DNA of 64,000 nt from Takakia lepidozioides (Eukaryota; Plantae; Bryophyta): positions 76,260,001 to 76,324,000 of the forward strand of contig CM060733.1 in the NCBI GenBank assembly GCA_030704615.1, given 5' to 3'. Both the position numbers and the translations under genes were made by a program. Below the pieces are notes generated by a model that did not search any database, was not told the DNA's origin, and saw only the letters and a program-made list of their open reading frames with translations. Shown in pieces: positions 47,446-64,000 of the stretch (the stretch's first letter is position 1; the number at the start of each line of letters is the position of its first letter).

Positions 47446-49909
47446 ATTGCAACCATAATACGTATACTGACACCAGCTCAGACTTCAGAGATTCCTCATG
47501 GACATCAACCAGGGTCATCCAGACATAACCATGTCATCAGAAAGGCATGAAGAAGCATACATTCATAATCGGCGTCACTGTCATCATGCTCACTGGGGCG
47601 ATTGTAATGCACCGCTTTCCTCTTCCTGCTGCGTGCAGAGACATTGACTTCTGATGGACGTTTCTTTCCATTCTCCTCCTTTATGGGTCCATCCTCTGTG
47701 AATTTCACCCTGACAATTAGAATGCTGCACGGTATTTATTGATTTAGTTCCTTACGCTGTGCAGAGATACAACGGGTAATCGGCCTAGTTCAAAACAATC
47801 CTTCCAATATTGTGAAGCCACAAAGGAGAGGACCTCATAGAAATGTGGAACTACAATTCTACAATTTGTCAAGGTTCAGAGTCGTGCCTAAATACTGCAT
47901 TCTGTTAGTTGTGTTCAATGCACACGACAAAGAAGAACAAACGTATATTAAGGATGGTCAACCCATCATGCTAAGCTTCATCCAACAACTTAAACCGACG
48001 GTACTGGCCCGCTGTGAGGGGGAAAATAAGACAATTGTTATCTTAGGAGTTTTAAGAAAATTTGGTTTTTGTGTTATTATTGGCTCATGAGGGGGAATAT
48101 GCCAAAACAGATCTGACAGCTTGCACGCAGTAAGAGTGGAAGGACCACTCATCATACATCATTTACAAATGATGGTCCATGAATTTTATCTCAGTTTTGG
48201 AAAAAGTGGTGGGGCTTGCAGAATAAACTAGTTAATGAAATTCAGCCTGGATTTTCAGTGTTATTGGCTCACACCCAATCTCAATGAGTTCTAGGTCTAA
48301 AAGTGATGTTTCTGTATGAACAAGTATGCATATCAAAGATTAACCTGCATTCGTCTGGTTCATATTTAGGGCACCATTTGTTGAGAACATCTCCATCACA
48401 CATGCTCCACCCCTCACTATACAGCTGCCTCGACCCTGATTCTCATCTGGGCATTGAACTGAGCTAAACATGAACGATGTTGATGTTGAGGTAGACCTGC
48501 CGTGGTTACTGACATGAATTGAGCATCTACTAGTTTAACACTCAAAATGCATTTGTTCTGGGTAAGTAGACATGCATTGGATTGACAACTCAAGATGCGG
48601 ATCGCTGAATGGATGGTTGAGATGCATGCAAACTTTGTAAGAATACAACGATTAAAAACCAATGGAATTCTCTTTCTCAAGGAAGAGATTCAGAATTCTC
48701 CGAAGGAATGCTTGTCTAGTGATGATTTTTCCTTACTACGTCCCGGTTGTGCCAGTGGTCTTGATAGGTACAACTGGGACCATCATAATATCCAAGACAA
48801 TATATATGATAGAGACGCAAAGACGTGAAATTATCAAAATGCATGGAAGAATGTCATGATTAGAACAACACACATTGAGAATTAGAGGAGCGACGACACA
48901 ACGGATTGATTTTGCTCGATTTTCACTGTTATTGGCGAGTCCGACCAAAAACCCTCAATGTCAATGTCAATGTCAGCCTTTATATCAGCTGTCAATAACC
49001 CCTTCAGCGGATCGTGTGAATTTGGGTATGAGCCAATAACAGTGAAAGATAGAAGGATGCCAGACCACTTCTAAACTTAAGTGGAATAACAAGCCTATGT
49101 TTAGTTGCATATAGCAATAAAGTAATAGCTAGATTTAGAATAATTTTTGATTATTTTGAATAGTAAACATGTACTAATTTAGTTCATAAAATAATATAAC
49201 TTTGATAACTTAACTTTTAATAATTTTAATTTAGGTGATGACTAAAAAGATGGTAAAAAATAACTAAAAAGATGATTAAAATATAAAAGATAAACTAAGA
49301 ATTTTTTATAAATGTAGGTCATGTGAATATAGAGCATTGTTTCTGAGATCTATCTTATTCTTGTTAGTGTAATGTTTTTGAGATTGTAGGTGGAGAGGGA
49401 ATGTGAAAACTATGGAAGATATAGCAAGTACATCTAGTAAAAGAAAACGGATTCATAAACCTTACATTACACTTTTGAGCGGTCAATACGATGAAGAATT
49501 GGGTACTATCAGGCTAGAATATGAATTTCCGGGAATTGCTTGGGTGTTGTAATCCCAGCTGTCGTGGGAAACATTGCATATTAAATATTTTACCTTGTCC
49601 AAAAACATTGAGTGATAGAACCGTTTACAAGCTTTTCCAGAAAAAGTCAAAAGGAACTGTGCCTTTGGAATGTGTAATAGTATGGATTAGAAACCATAAA
49701 TTATGCGAGAGATGTGTTTCTCTGTTAAGAAACAGATGTCCAAATTGTTTATCCTCTCCATAGCCATCTTCATTTGATTCCTTCAGAAGAGTTTTTTTTA
49801 AGATGTTTATTAGTTAGTGAAGTACCCGTTATCAGTACAAGTGAATTCCGAAATGTTGTTTCCTACGCTTTGTCTCAGAAATCTCTTCATACAGATGTAG
49901 ATCTCATAG

Positions 49910-50677
49910 TAGTGAAATGTGGGATGCTCAGTTGCAGCAATTAGTGGAGCCTAATGCCGACGAGCGAGAGCGGGCTATGGGTTTTTCCACTGGGACCATG
50001 GCGGTGCCTTCTCTTTCTGAGGCATCACGTCGTCAGGTGTTGGGGCAAGCGATTGATCTCAATTGCTTAACCTGGATTATCAGCTTGGCTATGGCTGAGC
50101 AACGTAGAGTGCGGAGTGCACTTCCCTTGACGGTCTCTCTGCCTACCGAGACGGTTCAGGCAGTGAGTGGGGGCGAACCGGTGAGGACCACGGGGTGTAG
50201 ACATCCATGACACACGTGGGAGGTGCTCGAGGTTCAGAGGGAGTTGGCAGCCAATGCGGCTGTGGTGGATGAGGTTGAGGATTCTTCTCGGGTGGTCGAG
50301 GAGGACCTCAAGGATGAGATGATGGGGCAGGATGAGGCCTTGTCATTGACGGAGCAGACAGGGAGTACTGCTCATGAGGGTGTAGCATAGCAACCATGGG
50401 ACGCGTCCTCTACCTCTAAGTTTGTAGGACTTAAGGTTGCAGTTACGGAGGACAATTGGGAGCCTGACATTGGACCCATTGTCACTGGAGGAGAGAGACG
50501 ACGTATACGGCGGTTCCTGAGGGCTTACAAGAATTGCTTTGCCTTCAGTTTGAAGGATTTGGGAGCACTGAAGGGTCAGGAGATTCGTATTGAGTTGGCC
50601 ACGGACACGCCAATCTTTCGGAGACCCTATAGATACAGTGACATGGAAAGGTCTTTGATTCAGATGAGGACTCAAGA
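49910..50677 (+). mobile_element. Gypsy fragment: C-terminus of a DNMT3-like C5-methyltransferase domain followed by pre-RT sequence
   Basis: EPNADERERAMGF..T....LSEASRRQVLGQAID resembles C5-MTase motifs IX-X; then FAFSLKDLG..IRIEL....PIFRRPYRYS..ER, typical of the start of Gypsy RT. Confidence 0.7.
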
Positions 50678-50702
50678 TCTATACAATACTATTATTAAAG
50701 AT
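50678..50702 (+). mobile_element. Probable Helitron 5' terminus inserted in the Gypsy fragment
   Basis: A|TCTATACAATACTATTATTAAAG; Gypsy homology stops exactly here. Confidence 0.6.
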
Positions 50703-52457
50703 GGGAAAGACGTTTCTCCATACTGGTTACATACAGAGACAAAAGATACGTGGAAGGCTCTTATTTCAAAAGCATACCCGACCACCACGTCATCTATTGT
50801 GGTATTCAATGGAAATGCTATATGGTGTGAAAATTCGCATGTGAAGGAGTTTGGAGATTTTGGAGAAAATGAGGTACATTTAATGTACTTACGGAATTTG
50901 TTGGGAACGACAGATGCTCGTGTTTTACGATCGAAAATGCACTCTTATTTTCTTTTAGCACCTTACAGAGGACGGAGTGGAACAGACACAAGACGGGGGC
51001 ATGGTGAGTCAAAAAGCCAGGTTGACTATAATTAGAAATATGATGAATAGGAAAGTTGCTTTAAAAGACTCCTCAAAAAATGAACCATGGTGGTACACAT
51101 CAGGTGATGAGGATGATAAATAGGACTTCTGATTATACTTGAATTACTTTAAAATATTTCATAAAAATGACAAACTATGTATATGAATGAAGACATCATT
51201 CTTATGGATGAATTACATTTGATTATTATTTTGAATAGTTAGTATATATGCAAAGCAAAACATCTCAATAGAAGATATAAAAAATAAATATATCCAAAAA
51301 GGTACTTAATAGTTTAGGATGGTCAATCTTTTGGGTATGTTACGTGTTAGTTCAAGTTCATGCCTAAGTATGTGAGATGTAGCCAGACTACTTCTTTGAT
51401 TGGCCCCTGGCAATACCTAATAGGTATAGCCAGATTGTCATGATAGCGCCGTACTAGGCTGGGTAGTGATTGATAACTAGTGAGTGGTGAGGGGGTCTGC
51501 CAGGGTAGTGACTAGTGAGTGGTAAGTAGTGAGTGGTGAGTGGTGAGGGGGCTCTCATGGCCATGCGGGAACAACCGGTACCAGGCCAGATGGTACAGTA
51601 ACCGTGGAGGGCGAGACGTAGGCCGCGGACATCCGTGCACGTGGGCGCTGCCAATGTTCAATGCACCTGGCCTCTCTCTTCTTCTCTACTCTGCAGCCAT
51701 CTCAGGTTCCATTCTTGTAAGGCGAAGCAAGTTGCTAGATCCATTCTTTATTGAATTGACAGTCATTCTATTAGTGCCAAATATTTCAGTCAAAATTAAG
51801 TAATCTATTTGGTAGCTCCTCTAGAAGTGAATTCAAGGGGATTCAAAAGACCTTCAATGGAATTAACTAGGTTTAGGTAGGATAAGGGTAAAATAAATAG
51901 AAATGTATGTAAGGGTTTTAGATAAATTGGTAACATACCCATTAACCCAAACAGATCTTAATTAATTAAATATAAATATAAATATAAATATAAATATATA
52001 AATATATATTTCAAAATATAACTTAAGCATAATAATCAATGCTTAAAAACTGATATTCAATCCCAAAAATGTAAGAACAAAATATAGGCACATGTGCAAG
52101 GTAGCACCTAGTAAACCGCAATAGTACCTCCATTATTTATTACTTTGAGATTTGCTTGAAGTACAATTCAATGAGCAAGGGAATGAATGCTGTTGTGGGT
52201 AGAAAATCATAATGATAGTCAACAAGCTATTGACTTGGATTCCATCACCCGACAAGAAAATCATGACCTGGCCTATGGATTGGGTAAATGCTAATATTTT
52301 ACCCTTCACCCAGGTTCACTCCAGGCCCTTCCAAGCCTAGGTCCGGGAAAAATATACAAGATTCCCTTGATAAGGGTCCAGGTAAAAGTAAGGGATCCTA
52401 CCTGTAACAAGGATTATCTGTAAAATAATTGTTGGAAAAGATAAAGATAAAGGTAAA

Positions 52458-52608
52458 GTTTTTTTTAACGTCCAGAGAATTTAAAAGAGCCTACTCCTCA
52501 ACACACAGGCCATCGAGGAGGTTTGAAGGCACGTTGAAGGATTGAACCTAGGATCACCTAGGCTATGCACATGCAGGCATAAACTCCCTCCATTGGGCTA
52601 CCTGCTCA
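52458..52608 (-). mobile_element. tRNA-derived SINE-like element
   Basis: Minus-strand A box TAGCCCAATGG, B box GGTTCAATCC, A-run tail. Confidence 0.5.
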
Positions 52609-52799
52609 AGTGCCGGAATGTCTCTTAAAAAAGAAAATATAGTTAAGTTTTTTTTTATTTATTTTTTATTTTAAGGAAAACACCTGGGAGCGACAGCTCA
52701 CAAATCAGGCCCCTTGATAGTGAGAGGATAGTGCATAATAAAGGTTTATTCAGTCCCCTTGATAGTGAGAGGAGAATACATAATAAAAGTTTATTATGT

Positions 52800-53017
52800 T
52801 TTTTAAAAAAACAAATTGTGAAACCTGGGAGCGACTGCTCACAATTCAGGTCCTTGAGGAAGGGGAAAATTTAACCCCCTTTCAGATAAGCCATTAGGCA
52901 CACAGGTGGGAACGTTACCACCAAACCAACTGGTCATACACACCAGGCAGGGCAGCGGGTTTGAACCCCGAACCACCAGGGCGACACACTGTGCACTTAC
53001 TAGCTGAGCTACCAGCT
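52800..53017 (-). mobile_element. tRNA-derived SINE-like element
   Basis: Minus-strand A box TAGCTCAGCTAG (53000-53011), B box GGTTCAAACCC (52957-52967); no full cloverleaf. Confidence 0.6.
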
Positions 53018-53029
53018 GATATGCGTATT

Positions 53030-54785
53030 TTTCAGATTTTCATGGGCTCAAAATCATCGGGTGTTAGAGTGTTTATTATTTTTAAATGACATCTAGATGT
53101 AACTCTTGAAAGCATAACGTATGTTAGTCCTGGTGAAAATTCTTCTTTTATTGATATCATTACATTTGAAGATATTGTTGCACCTTGAGATTTGTATCCC
53201 ATTCATGGCATATGCTAATGTCAATGGAAAAGTTGTTTTAGTATATTTAATTCCATTTTGATGTATATATGCATCTTTTAGTTTAGACACTGGTATACTA
53301 TTGCCAGAATTATGTAGGAGTACTAATATTGATGTAATTGTTTGGGGATCCGATGTTGCTTGAATTTGTGTAACTGTTCCAATTGAACCGTTGGCACCAC
53401 CAATTTCTAGTATTTTGAGTTAACATTACTTTTGCACCAATGCATATCTCAGAAATTTCATGCCATTTTGAATCGTATAACCAATCTTGAAGCTCTATGT
53501 TATCAATTGCATTTGAGGTAGGTTTTATATTTATTATTTATTTTTCAGAATATAAAAAGTGAAGTATCATGGTGTTGTAATGAGTTACGTCAACCCGATG
53601 AGAACACAATATTGTCGTATCATGATTTATAAAGTTTTGAATTGTCTGGGATTGTATATAGCAAGAATTTAATGTATCATGTATTTCTGACTCAGTGGGT
53701 TTTCTATTTCTTATAATATTTAAAAAAATGTAAGTATTCTAAATCAGATGAGTATCGAATTGCAGAAGTAAGAATATGTTTGTGGGCTGATTGATACACA
53801 GGAGAACATGAAATATGACACATACAATTTAACGAACGACTTTTATTTTTATGTATACATACTGGAGGTAATTGAGCAAGGTCACCCACTAGAAGTAATA
53901 ACTTTTTGGATTTTGTTTTATTAAATTGTGGATCAACATGTCGAAGTCTACGCAATACAAATTGGATAATTTCGGAAGTCATCATTGAAATTTCATCTAT
54001 TATAATTATATCAGCAGATTGTAGTTGAAAAAAAATTTCATTACTTTCATATAATCGAGCTGGGTGACCTTTTGATTGGTATAGCAAATTGGGAATGAAC
54101 CGTTTTTGCATACGGGCTAATACGTGTTGCTGCAGCTCTCGTTGTGGCACATAGTAGTATATATATATATTTAATTGAAAATTGATAAGTTATATATTTA
54201 ATAAAAAAAATGTCTTACCACTTCCTGGTGACCCTTCAATAATATGTACACCATTTTTAGAATATTTAATTTTTTTCCATTGATCATATGTCAATGTTTC
54301 ATATTGCATACTATGGAAAATTTGTAGATTACGTGAATGCATATGTGCACTTTCATTTACCATATGTACATTTGTTGTATTTATTGTTGGAAGTATATTA
54401 GTACAAGTTAGATGTTCTTCATTATTGAGATTATAAATTTGTAAAATATTTACTATTAATTGTTGGGTTTGTTGTGTTGTATATAAATTTCTAGATGAAT
54501 AAAGTTGTATAATATTTATCAAATCTGATTCATTTGTCAAAATACGTCGTAATTTATATTCCATAAAATATGATTTTGATGTATTTGAGGCAGAAATTAG
54601 GTCAACTTCATTTTCAAATGGTACTTTATGTAATAAAACATTAAAAAAGTGTGGTTCTGTATGATGGGCTGGATGATAATCTGTAAATCTTACTATTCGA
54701 TTTGTACAATATACATAATTACTCAATGTATCACGGCCTTGTAAAATTTTATTTTTAATCGTTTTTTTTTCTATGTGTACTGAGA
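53030..54785 (-). mobile_element. Helitron PIF1-type helicase half, degenerate, inverted relative to the Rep half
   Basis: GSPGSGKT (Walker A), IIIDEISM (Walker B), GDLAQLPPV, FPLTLAYAM..KSQGAT, GLTYVMLSRV. Confidence 0.92.
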
Positions 54786-55954
54786 CCAATATTGGATGAA
54801 GGGGCTGCCGTTTTGTAATTCGGGAATGCATTTGGTAGCTACTTTATGTAATCATGGAATTGCCTTATGCAACAGCAATGGGTGTTGGCTATCTTGGTAT
54901 TCCCATCTTACACTGTATTATTTGTTCCCAAACTGCAGGTGCCTGCTTGTGAAGAAAGTAGCACAGCATATTGATGTTGTTAGGAACATGTCACACAATT
55001 ATCACCACTTCTACGAGTTACAATAGTCTTCTGATCCTTCACAATCGGACTTGCCGAACATTTTGGTACTACACCATGGCATTTTTAGCTGTCAAGCTAT
55101 CCCGGAATGGCATTGTACATCTTGACTAAGTCTGGATGGGGAATATTTCAAAACCTCTAAAGTGCCTAGCTTACCTCTAGCTTATTCCAATTTACACATC
55201 TCTCGACCTGGTGTAGACACATTGGAGGATTATGGAGACAAATGTAGATGTGTGTTTTTGCAAAGATTAAGTATGAGCTCATGTAAGACAGATTATTCGA
55301 ATGTTCGTATGTGCAGCTGAATCAGAGGCTGAGTCAGCAGGCAGTGAAGAAGACTCGAAGATTTGCAGTATTTTCACACTTGAAGATGTAGGGTTACTCG
55401 CTTACTTCAGATCAGAGCAAGACTGCATGGCCGGCTTCAAATATCTCCTTTCTTTTGCAATGACAGGATTTGAACACCAGGCCTTATGAATGGACTCTGG
55501 AGACCAAGGAAATGACAATGGACCTCCGCTCTCTGGATTTGAGCCTGGGACCACGTTCCGCGCGACAAGACTGCTAACCCGCACCCGGAGTTTCCGTTCA
55601 TGCATAAAATACGTTACTATACAATCAACGCTGACGGATAATTTTCTGTCCAAGCCCATTACTACTATGCTGCGAAAAGGATGATAAAGTGCAACACTGG
55701 GATGAGACATGAGACCTTCCGGAATCCAGTGGGTGAAATTCAAGCAAGTGGTGTACGTTGCTATCGTTGCGTGAATTGCAAATTACGGGACCTTTAGAGC
55801 CGTCAGATCAACACAATCTCAATACTCTTTTCAGCCGTGCAATCTGAAACATCGTGCGCGCCATCCGATGTCGTCGACTGGTGGAAGCATATAGAGTATC
55901 TGTTGCGAGAGAAGCGAAGAGAAGAGGAAGAAGAAGACGAAGAGAGGGAGGAGG

Positions 55955-63225
<7,271 letters not shown>

Positions 63226-64000
63226 TTTATTGGCTGCAAGCCTTCTTGGTAGGCGGCAGGAGTGGGGAACAGAGACCAACTGTGTACATTGAAGTCGCCA
63301 TTATCTTTTCACAATGCTAATTGGCACTATTATTTAGCTTATAAGTGGACGTTTCTGATCAGTGATTTGAAATAGCAATGAGTGAATCTGGCAAATGGCT
63401 CTTGCAGCTTTCACCTTAATCTCTACTTTTCCCTTGTTGTGGTGAAGGAAACTCTGTTCTTCCTTTCTCTCATTTGTCAGATCTGTTTCTAGCTAGAGCA
63501 CTACAGCACTAACCTCATACTCTTCAGTATGAGGCCAGTGCCCATGTAACCGAATTGCTGTTGGCTGTGCTGGAGTCCTATGGCTGGTCGCCAAAATCCC
63601 TGACCCATCAAGTCGCATATCTCTTTCTCTATCATTCACTTTCAGTTGTTCTCCTCAGTGTGTCCCTGGCCTTTGGGTATCCTGTGTATGCATATTACTT
63701 TTTCCTCCTTCTCCCTACTCTCTAGGAGTCCTTCGAAAGAGGTCAGTTGGCTTAGGTGAAGGGCCTGATTAGCCAGCATGCCCTTCCTGGTATATGCATT
63801 CCTTTGTGCTAGCATGATTAAGATGTAGAAAAAGAATTTCCACACCTTTGCTTCTATGTTTCTGGGTGCTAATGAATGGGGTGACACTGCTCAAAAGAGG
63901 AATAACTTCTTCAGTCCTGAACTTCCAAGAGAGAAGGGGATGGGTATGAAGTTTCCAAAGTGGACTTGAAAACAAGGCTGCCATGAGTGGGATATCCCAT

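Noticed and set aside
51436-51850. LTR-like stretch starting TGTCATGA with TGAGTGG repeats
   Set aside because: No partner LTR, PBS or clear CA end in the window.
52940-53017. tRNA gene
   Set aside because: A and B boxes are present but there is no convincing acceptor or anticodon stem; treated as a SINE head.

Overview
Eukaryotic nuclear DNA, most likely from a non-seed land plant (spliceosomal GT-AG introns, plant-type SCPL and proteasome genes, algal/bryophyte-style transposons). About 55 kb is a pile of nested, rearranged transposons: three Ty3/Gypsy families, a Ty1/Copia fragment, a Helitron split by an inversion, and SINE-like and LINE relics. The same stretch holds a truncated 20S proteasome alpha-2 pseudogene and a 500-N scaffold gap. 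The only intact host gene I found is a 14-exon serine carboxypeptidase-like gene (55955-63225). The most unusual region is about 15.0-26.6 kb. A decayed, intron-containing gene there fuses a ParB/Sulfiredoxin-like domain (DGNHRLLA) to a beta-class DNA amino-methyltransferase-like domain. It lies just downstream of about 31 palindromes (GGAAATGCGG-NN-CCGCATTTCC) spaced at a near-strict 53-bp period. Single copies of the same palindrome sit in three of its introns and next to a SWIM-finger ORF, and a second diverged MTase-like paralogue lies 10 kb upstream. This resembles a ParB/parS-like module with a methyltransferase fold carried by a plant mobile element. Also notable are Gypsy fragments with a DNMT3-like motif before RT and a PHD finger on integrase, a Gypsy family with a very large extra ORF, and repeated inversion-plus-deletion scars. 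All domain calls are motif recognition by eye; no database search was run.
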